64,000 nt of DNA, taken from positions 1 through 64,000 of IMG/VR virus record IMGVR_UViG_3300020176_000011. One strand, 5' to 3'. The notes below the pieces were generated by a model that saw nothing but the letters and a program-made list of their open reading frames with translations, was not told where the DNA came from and made no database searches. The position numbers and the translations under genes are program-made. This DNA is from a virus. Positions 20,401 through 29,919 of the stretch are shown piece by piece; positions within the stretch are counted from its first letter, which is position 1, and each line of letters opens with the position of its first letter.

Positions 20401-20657
20401 GACGGCGTCGTCGTTCGATAGGGAACAAACGCCACCATATTGGCAGTGAGGGTCACGCCGTCGATCACAGCTCCAGGAACCAAGAGAGGCGTGAAGCTGG
20501 TGGCGTTACCGTCATAGCAGAAGTCGGCGATGATCAGCGTCGTCGGTCCGGCAGGACCCTGCACACCCTGCGGTCCCGTTCCACCCTGCAAGCCGGTATA
20601 GATCTCGATGATGATCGGATCCATCTCCTGCGGGACTACGGTGATGATATCGGGCAT
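17409..20657 (-). CDS. Tail fibre / receptor-binding protein with short collagen-like repeat, SGNH-like domain and C-terminal lectin-like module
   Basis: GPQGVQGPAGP; IDGVTL..FVP..GFY fibre N-domain; VMIIGDT and PDIVILNLG SGNH-like blocks; position after the tail tip. Confidence 0.75.
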   Translation of the reverse strand: MPDIITVVPQEMDPIIIEIYTGLQGGTGPQGVQGPAGPTTLIIADFCYDGNATSFTPLLVPGAVIDGVTLTANMVAFVPYRTTTPSQGGFYKVQAGGAVREPSIATFAMMVGSLVSIKQGTKYARTVWNWVGGASGTIGTDPVLYDRLSEQTSFIMMRDVGIVEKTEVLIPEFYYVDGREGMILVTPNAAAPNQTRYFTAPLSTSKTSITRVWYDRAYHIANPTDPQGAIKSETNVTRVTTNMYQEPEICVSNFGNVTSRYNFIGDSAGVSENMFLDSLFPEQSVPLASEVVTPFTDSAILALGITKGVKGTTNNYQGMVFPEPLMGNEYFFGRIYIETTIANTFGTGRTLIFRQTTKTGGVVSLQSFTMTLEKQLSANAAIYSVAGVLSSASAGATRAHLGAASASGTVTVGGAQLCVQRNSPANWIMRADYPRWFSAAPIMGKDLWLNTGRVMPLHLRNLMPMQTMEDLYYGGIASVQTSNNNYPYVMSSEDTLRIDPNLMGSTCQLALMSYSDINRRYVMDLDVHIAASSGLTGSPRVMIIGDTTLNQLSSQLFTKLQTMGLTPVAVGTIPGSISASWNSTGGPVGEYRFSQGWGDLSGLVADGDTPAPFALGTEATYNALSKTNKYAQNPFLRLATGGDSLTYTTAGGYIFDFRHYLNRFSFADPDIVILNLGLEDILERTTTAEAVADINLIVPFILSNIRAACPGVKIGVVTNLAGLSERGNTLWTALQAVNTALVAAVNAQPWGTFIIPVHAHMNHFAGWPVLAGSTVTPSTGYSYATMNDPSSPASLSTTVAGSLPIPIAHQVVEPISAFVSNVQMWHPYAVQNRANVVAAGGRMTDAEFAFRSKFYADLVTNDLWNYIDDFWWGTTLDVVAQQVLVSGKKGVVGTGLNSPAYAATGTTFNSAMHIRTGYIPSVHGTLIAGDDLGLMWYERQEVNGGPPGDSLGVYISDTQNMEFAPRSGANRMYGSLNNAIVQTATLTPSSVGFHGITRAPGASVLEHWRNGNLFATTSLGTNGTVLPNIEIILGGRNDNGNRNNARNTAMSIAMVVKSMSAAKQLSLYNTIQAMLTARGVAL

Positions 20658-20658
20658 C

Positions 20659-20997
20659 TTAAACTCCTGGACGAACTTGGAAGACACCAGTCAGAAGCTC
20701 GACGACGGTCACTCCATCGGCCAGCAGTATCTTGATGTCATAGACGTATTTCTGCGCGGCGAGGCCCGCCGTCTGGGCCGCTGTCAGCCCAATGCGGATC
20801 ACGCCGGTCAGTGGCGTGATACTGGTGCTGAGATTGATCGTTGCGGTCGGCGCGTCGTAGCTCGTCTTGAGACGCGCCGAAGACACGGTGACGCCCGTCA
20901 GGTTCATCACCGTAGTCGGGTTCGACTTCAGCACAAGGTCCCGGCTGAACGTCGCACCTTGGTCGACGATGAAATCGAAACGAGTGGCGGGCATCAC
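20659..20997 (-). CDS. Tail-fibre adaptor-like protein
   Basis: DQGATF...LTAAQTAGL..KYVYDI...G.F.V.P pattern common in fibre-attachment proteins. Confidence 0.6.
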   Translation of the reverse strand: MMPATRFDFIVDQGATFSRDLVLKSNPTTVMNLTGVTVSSARLKTSYDAPTATINLSTSITPLTGVIRIGLTAAQTAGLAAQKYVYDIKILLADGVTVVELLTGVFQVRPGV

Positions 20998-21209
20998 TTA
21001 AACCTTTCCTGCATGGGACTCGGGTCCACAGGGTTCTGCTCTTTTACAGCAGCGATCCTATCCAGCCAAGCGATAGTTTCCTCGGGTAGCTGAAAACCTT
21101 GCTGCCTGAGAGCTTGAAAGCCCTTGTAGATGGCATCAAGCTGATTCCCAATTGGTGGGTAATTCTGCAGCCGTCGAACGGCTGGTTCTTTCGATCCTTT
21201 AATACGCAT
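20994..21209 (-). CDS. Small tail-associated protein
   Basis: YPPIGNQLDAIYK...W..RIAAVKEQNP motif seen in phage tail-module proteins. Confidence 0.6.
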   Translation of the reverse strand: MRIKGSKEPAVRRLQNYPPIGNQLDAIYKGFQALRQQGFQLPEETIAWLDRIAAVKEQNPVDPSPMQERFK

Positions 21210-21600
21210 GGATCACTCCCCGCCAAGTCACCATCTTGAGATTCTTGAGTTCGATCTTGAATACACCAGCGTGTTCCGGTTCAAACTCAATAGTGCCGTC
21301 CTCGATCACCACTGGTGCGTTTCCATCGACACGCATCGTTGTGCCTGGAGGGACCACGCCGGTCGTAACTTCTCCGACTGCAACGTCCTCGTCACTGAAG
21401 CCAGCAAACTCGACGCGCCGAACAGGCGTCACCGTCTCCAGATCGAGATACCAGAGTTCGGGATCGTAGTCTCCACCAATGATCCAACAGCCCGGCTCCT
21501 GCTGATGCTGGAGATCACGGAATGAGCAGCCTCTGACACAAACGACTTCACCAGTCAGCTTGTTGAAAGCAGTAAACTTGACATGATCGCCGGGGTTCAT
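21199..21600 (-). CDS. Hypothetical tail-associated protein
   Basis: Coupled ORF in the tail operon. Confidence 0.55.
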   Translation of the reverse strand: MNPGDHVKFTAFNKLTGEVVCVRGCSFRDLQHQQEPGCWIIGGDYDPELWYLDLETVTPVRRVEFAGFSDEDVAVGEVTTGVVPPGTTMRVDGNAPVVIEDGTIEFEPEHAGVFKIELKNLKMVTWRGVIHAY

Positions 21601-21872
21601 CGTTTTAACTCCAGAGCTTGCAACAACGTTCGAGTCGTGTGACCGCTTGTATGACTGCCCATGAACTTCAATTTGAAAGTGTGGGTACCAGCTGAGGGTG
21701 TCGCGGAAAGGAAGATTGTCGACAAACCATTATCGATCTTGAAACTCGTGACCAAAACGTCGTCAATATACACTCCAACTTCACAGGTGTAAGTTGGATA
21801 TGAGTTGACCCAATGGGCAGTATTGGTCCATGTCGGACCACTCGGGCCTGGATCAGGAGGATTGTAACCCAT
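21597..21872 (-). CDS. Small protein resembling the distal half of the tail-tip C-terminal beta-sandwich
   Basis: SD GGAG directly after the J stop; TPSAGTHTFKLK...LQALELKR ending. Confidence 0.6.
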   Translation of the reverse strand: MGYNPPDPGPSGPTWTNTAHWVNSYPTYTCEVGVYIDDVLVTSFKIDNGLSTIFLSATPSAGTHTFKLKFMGSHTSGHTTRTLLQALELKR

Positions 21873-21882
21873 ATCTTACTCC

Positions 21883-24800
21883 TTACCAGTAAGCGTAGAT
21901 GTCAGTGTAGACCGTGTAAGCGAACTGCAGGTAGCCAGTGATATTCACAATTCCACCTTGCGTCGTCATCGTCACAGTCGCGATTGTCGTGCCCGGAGTT
22001 CCATCATAGATGTCCGACGTGCTGTAGTAACTACCGGCGTTCGTCACAGCACCCGGATCGATGCGGTCAGTTGTCACACCACCGATGGTGATGCGGTCAG
22101 CAGTGATCGTGCCAGCCGTGATGCGTGCAGCATCCATGGTACCGGTGGTGATCTTGGCAGCGTCGAGAGAGGCAATCTTGGCCGAGGTGATCGTGCCGGT
22201 CGCGATCTGAGCATCAGTGATCGTAGCCGCCGTGATCATCGCACCGTTGACGCCACCCGCGTCCATGATCGTCGTGCCAGCCGCGTCCGAGACGCGGATG
22301 CCATAGCCACCACCTGACAGGGCACCAAGCTGAACGCGCGTCCCGCCGAGCGCGTCCTTGATCGTCATGCGCTGCAGGGTACCATCGATCACGAATTTGC
22401 TGTCGACCAGAGTGATGGTCTGCGCACCAATGGTGCCCGAGGTCAGCTTGCCGACGCTGAGATCTGCGACCTTGGCGTTCGTGATGATCGCGTCCTTAAT
22501 CTGCGCCGTCAGCGAGATCACCTCACCCGCCCACAGTCGGTCGCCCGTGATCGTGCCGGTAACGATGTCCGAACCATCGACGATGGTGCGACCGTAGTTC
22601 ACGACCAAATCAGAACCACCGCGATAGGTCGCGATGATGATTGTGTTCGGCGAATAGGCGTCGTTGATGTTGGTAGTCAGATCGAGGTTTCCAACACCCT
22701 TGTTCCAACACAGGTAAACGACACCGCTCGACCAAGTGTTTGATCCACCCGTAACAGCGACGGTTGTTGCTGTGCCAGCGTCGTTCACGTAGGTGATGTT
22801 GCCAGCAGTCCACGACATGATGTTCGTCGTCGGGATAGCCTGAACTTCAATACCTTGAATGTCGATGCCGCGAGCGCCAAGAGTGATCTTGTTCGCCGAG
22901 ATCGTGTTTGCCGCGATACTTCCGCCCTCGATCTTCGTCGCGTCAGTTCCATTGCGCCAGTTTGCCAGCGAGACTCCACCCGAGATGAGAATCTTGCCGG
23001 GGTCGATCTGCGTCGAGCCAGCGTTGATACGGGTGCCGGGGTCGCTGGCACCGAGGGCGGCGTTCGACAGGATCGTCGAGAGCGTCGGGCCGCCCGATCC
23101 CACCAAGATCGTACCGGCGAGAATCGATCCAGCCGTGATCTTGCCAGCGTCCAGTGTGTTCGTCTGAATGCGGTCGCCGTTCAGGGTGTTGACCGTGATG
23201 TGGGCAGTCGTGATGACGCCGTTCGCGATCTGCGTGCCGCTGTTGATGTTGAGCGTCGTGCCCGACGTGCCAGCGGTCGAGCTGACCGGGAAGTAGCCAC
23301 TGGTGTTGGCCGAGGTGTCGACAGCCCGGAGCCAGTAGTAGCGCGTGCTGCCACCAGCCAGACCCTGCTTGATGAAGCTGGTCCCGGTCGGCTTACCGAT
23401 CAGGGTCGCCAGACTGCGGTCGTTGACAGTGGCCTCCCACACCTCGACGTAGGCGAGGTCCGCGTCAGTCGGGTTGGTCCAGTTCAGCCAGAGGTTCTCG
23501 AACCCGGCCAGCACGGTGAAGCCGCTCACGCTGCCCGGAGCCACAGTGTCCTTGGCCGTCGTGTGGTTCGCCTCGGTAGAGAACAGACCCTTTTGGAGCG
23601 CGATGTCAGCCGCACGAACCTTCACGTAGTAGGTCGTGTTTGGCTTGACGATCCATTTGAAGACGTTCGTGTCGCTCTGGAACTGGCTGGAGTTGCCAGT
23701 CGCTTCCCTGATCTCGATGTCGTACCGAAGGAAGTCAGCTTCCGGCGCAGCGGTCCACGTCGCCGACAAGGTCGTCTGAGTGGTGCCATCCGGCATGATT
23801 GCAGCTGCCGACGACAGGGACAAGCCAGTGATCTGAGCCGGTGCGCCCGGCACAGTGTCGAGCGTCGGCAGCGGAACGGCAATGCCGTTCACCGGACCCA
23901 CGTAGTTGCCGAAGTTGCCCGAGTAGTCGTAGGCACGTAGCCAGAACCAACGCTGTGCGCTGAGGGGCAGACCCGTCATCACGTAGCTGTTTTTGTTGCC
24001 AGTGTCGGTCGGGCTCGCCGGACGAGTGCTGGTCAGACCAACATAAATCTCGACACCAGCGAAGTCTTCGTCGAGCGGGTTCTTCCAGTCGAAGTACAGG
24101 GACTCGTATCCGCCCTTCACGACCAGTCCGGTCGGATCGCCAGGACCAGTGGTGTCGTCGGTGAAGTTGCAGTTGACGATGGACGACCAGTCGGAGTCGA
24201 TAGACGCGCGCGATACAGCCTTGACCCGCATCTGGTAGGCGTCGCTCATCGGCGCGCTGTACCGAATGTCGGTCAGCATCACTTCCTTGGTGACGTAGTC
24301 TTTCCAGTCTGCGCTCGGCCCAGTGCGGATTTGAACGACGTAATGGTCCGTCAGCTCGGGCGTCGTAGAGGGCGTCCACGTCGCAGTGATCACCGTCTTG
24401 GCGCTGACATCGCCGATCTTCTTTCGAACAGCCGAGATGTTCGGGTTCGTCGGAGCATTCGGAACACCACTGATGATCGCGATCTCTTCACTCGGGATCA
24501 GATTGCGACCGAACTGATCGTTGTGCGCCAGATGGATGAAGTAGTTCTTCGACCGATCCAGTTCGGGCACGAGGATCGGATTACCCGACAGGATGTAGGT
24601 CGGCGTATCCAAGCTGGTCCAGCTGTGATCGGTGTCGACCCACACATGCGTGTTCAGCCAGTCAGCGTCAGTCGGCGTATCAAACTCGAGACGCAGTCCA
24701 CCTTCTACCCACGTAGGAACCACCCGGCGCGGCGCGGCAGGTGCCGGGTTGTGCGCCAGGAAGGACACGCCTGGAGACGCTTGAGGTACGCTGTTGATGT

Positions 24801-27561
24801 CGTAGTTGTTAGTGACCGCCCGGATAGCAACCAGTACAGCACGAGCAGCAGTGCCGCCGTTATCGACCGCATTCATCACTCCTGTGTATTCGAACCGCTC
24901 TTCCGTCGTCTCGACCGTGCGCAGCGTCACACCAGTCGACGGATTACGGAACTTCACTTCGTAATGGGAGAAGTTGGCCGGGCTGCTTCGATCCCAGATC
25001 AGGGTCATGTCCTGACCCAGCCACGCTCCACCTTCGAAACGGATGTTCGAGACGTCGGCCACGCCGCTCGGGTTTGCTACGGCCGGATCGGTGAGATCGA
25101 CGCGATAGCCAACGACCGGGCTCTTGTCTCCGTTCATGCCCGTGGCACGGACCCAGAATGAATAGGCACCGACCGGCTGGTTGACCAGCTGGAACTCGGT
25201 TGCGCCACTGCTGCTCAGCTGCTGCGGAACTCCACCGTTGAAGGACATCTCCAAGGTGTAAGCCTTGATCAGCTGGTTGTTCACTCGATCCCACTGCACA
25301 TCCAGATCGACCACGTCGTCGTGATAGGTCGGAATGACACGAAGATTGGTCGGAGACGAAACAGTCCGCAGCTGAAGGTTGCTGTACTCAATGACACCTT
25401 CAGCCTTCAGATTGTCGATCTGATACCACTTGTTGCGGTTGATCTCGATGGCCTCGACGCTGATCTCGTCGGGATTATCCTGCGATGTCTCCACGTTGAG
25501 AATGCGGAACGGCTTCGGCAGACCGATGCCGAGGCTGTTGTACTGCTCCAGAGAGAAGGCCGCCTTCTCGGGAAGAGCAGGCAACGGCTCATTGAAGTTG
25601 AGAGTGTAGACGTCACCAGTCGTGCCGCTGACCACCGTGCGGTTGATCATCAGGAACTTGAACGTCGAGTTGTCGGGATACGCCGGGTTCGGGATCGAGA
25701 AGCGGGCGGTGTAGACGATGCCCGCTTCCAGATAGACCGGATCGCGCAACGTCGCACTGCGCCTGTCAGTCGACACATCCTTGAGACGACCGCTGAGGCC
25801 GTAGCCGAGATCGGGGTCGGCGAGCAGCGCAACGTCGAACGGCTGCAGGTACTGGCCCAGTCGCGGCAGCTTGAACTTGACGACCAGGTTCTCGGTCGTG
25901 GCCGTGATCAGGCGATACATCGCACGACGCATTGCCTCCTGCGCATTGTTCGCGCCAACCGCAATGATGTCCGTCGAGATGGTGCCATACTCGGAGATAT
26001 GTTCCGGAATAGTCAGCGTCCGGAAGTCCGTCGTGTAGAGCAGATCCTCGTTCGTGAACGACACCGTGATGTAGTTGTACCGGGTCGACACGTCAGTATA
26101 GCTGTACTCGAACGTTCCGTTGACCGTGTTCTCGGGAACGATCAAGTGAGTGGCAGGATCATCCTTGTCGACGCGCAGGTACGCGGTGCCATTACCGTCA
26201 TCGAGCAAGACGCCGTTGAAGCTACCAGCAATGTAGCGAGCCATGTCCATGGCAGGACGCGGTTCGCTGATCACCGTGTTGAGCGTGTAGCGCGGCTGAG
26301 TTCCACCCTTGCCATCCGGCACCATGGTGTCGCACCACTTCGCGACCTCATAGCAATCGAACTTGTCCATCGTCATCGGATTGAACGAGCTGAGGCCCCA
26401 GTCATCGTTCGTCACGACTTCGTACAGACACCACACCGGGTTGTTGGTGTAGGCGATCTTGAAGGTACCGTCCCAAGTGCCGCTGTAGGTTCGAGCTTCC
26501 GGATCGTAGTTCACCGGGACGCGCACCATCATACAGTCGTAGATGCCCGAGAAATCGGGCAGCGACGAGAACTGATCGGTGGCTTGAGCTGTGGCATGCA
26601 CGAAAGCCAGATCGTCCAGACGGAGAGCGGCCGAGGTGATTTCCTGGAAGCTCTCCAGGTTGATGATCGCCTTGTTGACCTGATCGCCGTTGGTGTACTC
26701 GGTGTCCGACAGCATCGTGACGCGGATCACATACGGCACATTCGACGGCTGCACCGGCACTCGATAGACCTTGGACGCCTGCTGCTGTGTCTTGCCGTAG
26801 AACTGGATCGTGTCGACGATGCCCGGCGAGGACGGAGCCGGTTCGTCAATAGAACCGCCGCCGATCTTTCGGGTCATCAACGTACCCGCCGAATTCCGAT
26901 AGAACGCAGGAACGTAGGCCGAGTCCGGCTGGTCCGACCGCTTGATCTCAACCTTCACGTCAGCGGAATGATTGTAATTGCCGCTCTTGTTCTGGCTGTA
27001 CAGCTGCGAGATGATGAAGCGGAACTGCAGGAAGTTGACGTAGGGATTGTTCGTCCGACGCCATCCCTTGTCCGTCCACAACCAATAGCCGTTTGCCCGA
27101 GTCGTACCAGCGTTGGCGACATAGTAGACTTCGCCAATGAAGTTGCCTTGGGTCGGCAGATCGTCGACATGAACAACGTTCGCACTGACAGTACCCTGTC
27201 GAACAACCGGCAGGTTCTTCGACAGGTTGACGTTCACCTGATGCGAAATAGCAGCGCCGGTCTGCGACAGCACGACGGTGTTGTTGATACCGTCGCCATC
27301 ATAGAGATCGAGATTGAAGTTGTTGAAGTTCGGAACACCGTCCGGAGACATGAGCGGAGTGTCGCCGACATAGAAGTTCTTGGCACTCTTGTCCTTGAGG
27401 CCCTTGAAACGTCCCTGGCCCAAGCCCAGCACGAACTCAAGATGGTCCGTCGACCGGATGTTGTCCGGCGTGTTGGTGATCTGCTGCTGCTGGTACTGCT
27501 GCTGTTGCTGGGGTTCACCACCACCAAAGCCGCGTCCAGAGATTTTCGGGAGCTTTTTCAC
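21883..27561 (-). CDS. Central tail fibre / tip attachment protein J with FnIII domains
   Basis: VRVPVNYDPEARTYSGTWDGTFKIAYTNNPVW, PRYTLN, repeated FnIII (Y..RVRA.D), ITADKI-like repeats. Confidence 0.9.
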   Translation of the reverse strand: MKKLPKISGRGFGGGEPQQQQQYQQQQITNTPDNIRSTDHLEFVLGLGQGRFKGLKDKSAKNFYVGDTPLMSPDGVPNFNNFNLDLYDGDGINNTVVLSQTGAAISHQVNVNLSKNLPVVRQGTVSANVVHVDDLPTQGNFIGEVYYVANAGTTRANGYWLWTDKGWRRTNNPYVNFLQFRFIISQLYSQNKSGNYNHSADVKVEIKRSDQPDSAYVPAFYRNSAGTLMTRKIGGGSIDEPAPSSPGIVDTIQFYGKTQQQASKVYRVPVQPSNVPYVIRVTMLSDTEYTNGDQVNKAIINLESFQEITSAALRLDDLAFVHATAQATDQFSSLPDFSGIYDCMMVRVPVNYDPEARTYSGTWDGTFKIAYTNNPVWCLYEVVTNDDWGLSSFNPMTMDKFDCYEVAKWCDTMVPDGKGGTQPRYTLNTVISEPRPAMDMARYIAGSFNGVLLDDGNGTAYLRVDKDDPATHLIVPENTVNGTFEYSYTDVSTRYNYITVSFTNEDLLYTTDFRTLTIPEHISEYGTISTDIIAVGANNAQEAMRRAMYRLITATTENLVVKFKLPRLGQYLQPFDVALLADPDLGYGLSGRLKDVSTDRRSATLRDPVYLEAGIVYTARFSIPNPAYPDNSTFKFLMINRTVVSGTTGDVYTLNFNEPLPALPEKAAFSLEQYNSLGIGLPKPFRILNVETSQDNPDEISVEAIEINRNKWYQIDNLKAEGVIEYSNLQLRTVSSPTNLRVIPTYHDDVVDLDVQWDRVNNQLIKAYTLEMSFNGGVPQQLSSSGATEFQLVNQPVGAYSFWVRATGMNGDKSPVVGYRVDLTDPAVANPSGVADVSNIRFEGGAWLGQDMTLIWDRSSPANFSHYEVKFRNPSTGVTLRTVETTEERFEYTGVMNAVDNGGTAARAVLVAIRAVTNNYDINSVPQASPGVSFLAHNPAPAAPRRVVPTWVEGGLRLEFDTPTDADWLNTHVWVDTDHSWTSLDTPTYILSGNPILVPELDRSKNYFIHLAHNDQFGRNLIPSEEIAIISGVPNAPTNPNISAVRKKIGDVSAKTVITATWTPSTTPELTDHYVVQIRTGPSADWKDYVTKEVMLTDIRYSAPMSDAYQMRVKAVSRASIDSDWSSIVNCNFTDDTTGPGDPTGLVVKGGYESLYFDWKNPLDEDFAGVEIYVGLTSTRPASPTDTGNKNSYVMTGLPLSAQRWFWLRAYDYSGNFGNYVGPVNGIAVPLPTLDTVPGAPAQITGLSLSSAAAIMPDGTTQTTLSATWTAAPEADFLRYDIEIREATGNSSQFQSDTNVFKWIVKPNTTYYVKVRAADIALQKGLFSTEANHTTAKDTVAPGSVSGFTVLAGFENLWLNWTNPTDADLAYVEVWEATVNDRSLATLIGKPTGTSFIKQGLAGGSTRYYWLRAVDTSANTSGYFPVSSTAGTSGTTLNINSGTQIANGVITTAHITVNTLNGDRIQTNTLDAGKITAGSILAGTILVGSGGPTLSTILSNAALGASDPGTRINAGSTQIDPGKILISGGVSLANWRNGTDATKIEGGSIAANTISANKITLGARGIDIQGIEVQAIPTTNIMSWTAGNITYVNDAGTATTVAVTGGSNTWSSGVVYLCWNKGVGNLDLTTNINDAYSPNTIIIATYRGGSDLVVNYGRTIVDGSDIVTGTITGDRLWAGEVISLTAQIKDAIITNAKVADLSVGKLTSGTIGAQTITLVDSKFVIDGTLQRMTIKDALGGTRVQLGALSGGGYGIRVSDAAGTTIMDAGGVNGAMITAATITDAQIATGTITSAKIASLDAAKITTGTMDAARITAGTITADRITIGGVTTDRIDPGAVTNAGSYYSTSDIYDGTPGTTIATVTMTTQGGIVNITGYLQFAYTVYTDIYAYW

Positions 27562-28265
27562 GGGTAACTCTCAGACGGAACGTTGGCGGCGGAACCGTCC
27601 TCGGGAATATCCGGGTCGGTGGTGACGACGACAGGAGTCAAGGCAGTGTCGACACCATCGGTGGAGTCGATGTTGAACGAGAGGTAGTGACCGGAGATCT
27701 TGTTCTGACCGAACGCGATGTTGACACGGGTGCCAGACTTCACGGTATTCTTGGGAGAGCCAAGGTATCGCGAGGAACTCGGGTCCGCAGTCGTCGTGAA
27801 CGTCGTGTCCTGATTGGCCGTGTTGTCCGGTGCGGGTGCTGCGATCAGCGATAGTAAGCCGCCCAAGATTAGGGCCGCTCCCATTCCGTAGAGCATACCG
27901 GCCATCTGCGTAGCGATCAGCGAGGCACCGGCCGCCGCGCCGAAGCCAGTCCACCACGTCACAGCGATGATCAGGATGCCGACGACGATCATCAGGATCG
28001 ACATCAGGCCGCCCTTGCCGCCGCCACCCAAGATGGACGGAACGAGATGCACCTCGACGTCGTCCTCACGGATCTTGAGCAGATCGTCCGGAGTGCGCGC
28101 GTTCGTGCCGCTGTAAACGATGCGGTCCTGGCCCGGAATCGGTCGGAGAACATGCTTCATCTGATTGCTGAATGCCTTGATGGCTTCAGCAACCGTCTCG
28201 ACGGCGAACGACAACGGCCCCGGAACGAGGTGCGCTTGCGGTCCATGGAGATGAATGGTGATCAT
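27558..28265 (-). CDS. Tail assembly protein I-like
   Basis: TIHLHG, TVAEAIKA, VHLVPSILGGGG, hydrophobic Gly/Ala segment. Confidence 0.8.
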   Translation of the reverse strand: MITIHLHGPQAHLVPGPLSFAVETVAEAIKAFSNQMKHVLRPIPGQDRIVYSGTNARTPDDLLKIREDDVEVHLVPSILGGGGKGGLMSILMIVVGILIIAVTWWTGFGAAAGASLIATQMAGMLYGMGAALILGGLLSLIAAPAPDNTANQDTTFTTTADPSSSRYLGSPKNTVKSGTRVNIAFGQNKISGHYLSFNIDSTDGVDTALTPVVVTTDPDIPEDGSAANVPSESYP

Positions 28266-28582
28266 ATGTCTTCGACAACCCGTTTGCCGTCGAGCTTGTA
28301 GCACTTCACACCGTCACTGCCAACGATGTAATGCTTCAGATGAGGCCAGTTCTGGAAGCAGACGTAGTCGGCACCGCTGGGATAGGACGTGGTGTCGACG
28401 TGCGTGTGCCAGGTTGCAGCCATGGTATCGAGGTGCGTGATGATGTCCTGTGCATCAATGTCGAAAGCTGCTTCAGGTCGAGGACTTTGGTTCTTCACCT
28501 CGACTATCGTCCCGTCCTTCAGGATGAACCCGCACCGCTCCTCTGGCCCCTGCCTCTTCTCCGTGAGTTCGCTGATATTCAT
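28262..28582 (-). CDS. JAB/MPN domain tail protein (lambda K N-domain-like)
   Basis: EERCGFIL, WHTH...PSGAD. Confidence 0.8.
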   Translation of the reverse strand: MNISELTEKRQGPEERCGFILKDGTIVEVKNQSPRPEAAFDIDAQDIITHLDTMAATWHTHVDTTSYPSGADYVCFQNWPHLKHYIVGSDGVKCYKLDGKRVVEDI

Positions 28583-29051
28583 TGTAGATCCTCTTGAAAT
28601 GCGGCGGCAGCAGGGTACCAATATCAACCTTCTCTTCGTATTGCTTCAGGTTTTCGACTACCTGCGGATGACGAAGTGTCGCGACCGTGTACTTCTTCCA
28701 GATACCCTTGTAGGGCTCGGTGATCGACAGACGTCCCTGGGGATGATGGAAGATCTCATTGCCACCGACATAGACCGCTGCGTGCGTCGCGACCGACGAC
28801 TGGATGCTGATGAGGAAGCCGTCGCCTACTTTTAGGTCATGCATCGGCACATCATCGAGAAGGCGGAATCCTTCTCGATGAAAATTCTGCATGTATAGAT
28901 CGACACCGACCTCGCCATGGTCAACCGGCCGGATGTAGTTGGGCAGAATGATCCCACCCACATCCCGGTACCAATCCTGCATCGCGGTGTAGCAGTCGGC
29001 CGTCTCCCACTTATAGGGACGGCCCTCCAGATGGGCGTGACGCGATTTCAT
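28473..29051 (-). CDS. NlpC/P60 tail protein (lambda K C-domain-like)
   Basis: GRPY..ADCY, HAAVYVG..IFHH, LRH. Confidence 0.8.
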   Translation of the reverse strand: MKSRHAHLEGRPYKWETADCYTAMQDWYRDVGGIILPNYIRPVDHGEVGVDLYMQNFHREGFRLLDDVPMHDLKVGDGFLISIQSSVATHAAVYVGGNEIFHHPQGRLSITEPYKGIWKKYTVATLRHPQVVENLKQYEEKVDIGTLLPPHFKRIYNEYQRTHGEEAGARGAVRVHPEGRDDSRGEEPKSST

Positions 29052-29536
29052 TGCAGGGACACCGTGGGGAAGTCGGGCGGAACGTACTGACGACGTGGCA
29101 TGGTGAAGTTGGGTCCGTCAAGCAAATTACGCAGCTCGACGGTCAGCGTGCCTCGCAGGAACGAGGTGACGCGACCAATGTACCACGTCTTCTGTTCGAA
29201 GATCGGCAGATCGGCGTCGAGGTTTGCCTTGAGGATTCGCTTCCGCTTCACGATGGATTTCTCCAGGATGCGGGTGACCACGAACGAGGCAAAGACGTTC
29301 TCGGGATTGAAGATCGTCAGCGGAGGACGCGACACTTCTTCATCCGAACTCTGCTTCTCGGCACCGAGAAGAATCGGAGTGGCGTCGTAGCTGTGGCCCT
29401 GCCAGGTCACGTTCATGGTCGACGAGAGGTAGATGGTCCCTTGGTTCTTTCGCAGGACCACTTCCCACAGATCGACTTGAGCGTCGGCCGTGAGTAGCTG
29501 GGCGTCTTTCAGATGCTCAATAGGAACAGTGGTCAC
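29048..29536 (-). CDS. Minor tail protein L-like
   Basis: VTWQGHSY..PI, RPPLTI.N, ELRN..D..MPRR; synteny. Confidence 0.75.
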   Translation of the reverse strand: MTTVPIEHLKDAQLLTADAQVDLWEVVLRKNQGTIYLSSTMNVTWQGHSYDATPILLGAEKQSSDEEVSRPPLTIFNPENVFASFVVTRILEKSIVKRKRILKANLDADLPIFEQKTWYIGRVTSFLRGTLTVELRNLLDGPNFTMPRRQYVPPDFPTVSLQ

Positions 29537-29919
29537 GATATCACCTCGATCAAGTTGACCTCGAACGGCTTCACCGAACCATTACCACCAACGTGCCCAT
29601 CCGGCCACTTGAAAGGATCGGCAAATCGAACTTCCTTGTTGCCTTCCAGTTCATGTGGATAAATGAACACCTCGTGGGTGCCATGGTCCCGGTAGAACTT
29701 GTCGAGCAGCAAGAAGTTGATCACCGGCATGGTGATCAAGTCGGCTGTCCCATCCGTGTTCTGGAAGATCTTCATCGACTCGAACGACAGGATGAACTTG
29801 CGCTGGAACGGACCCGTTGGGCGTGATGCGAACACGTAGCTCTTACCGAGCTGAATGTTCGGAGCAGTCGGCGGATACTCGACGCGCATACGATGGTAGG
29901 GGAAGTTGAAGGTGTCCAT
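29533..29919 (-). CDS. Distal tail protein (lambda M-like)
   Basis: Follows the tape measure; FYRDHG..F.Y motif. Confidence 0.65.
   Translation of the reverse strand: MDTFNFPYHRMRVEYPPTAPNIQLGKSYVFASRPTGPFQRKFILSFESMKIFQNTDGTADLITMPVINFLLLDKFYRDHGTHEVFIYPHELEGNKEVRFADPFKWPDGHVGGNGSVKPFEVNLIEVIS

Noticed and set aside
17409-27561. Diversity-generating retroelement or invertible tail-fibre cassette
   Set aside because: No reverse transcriptase, invertase or TR/VR repeat pair was seen in the window.
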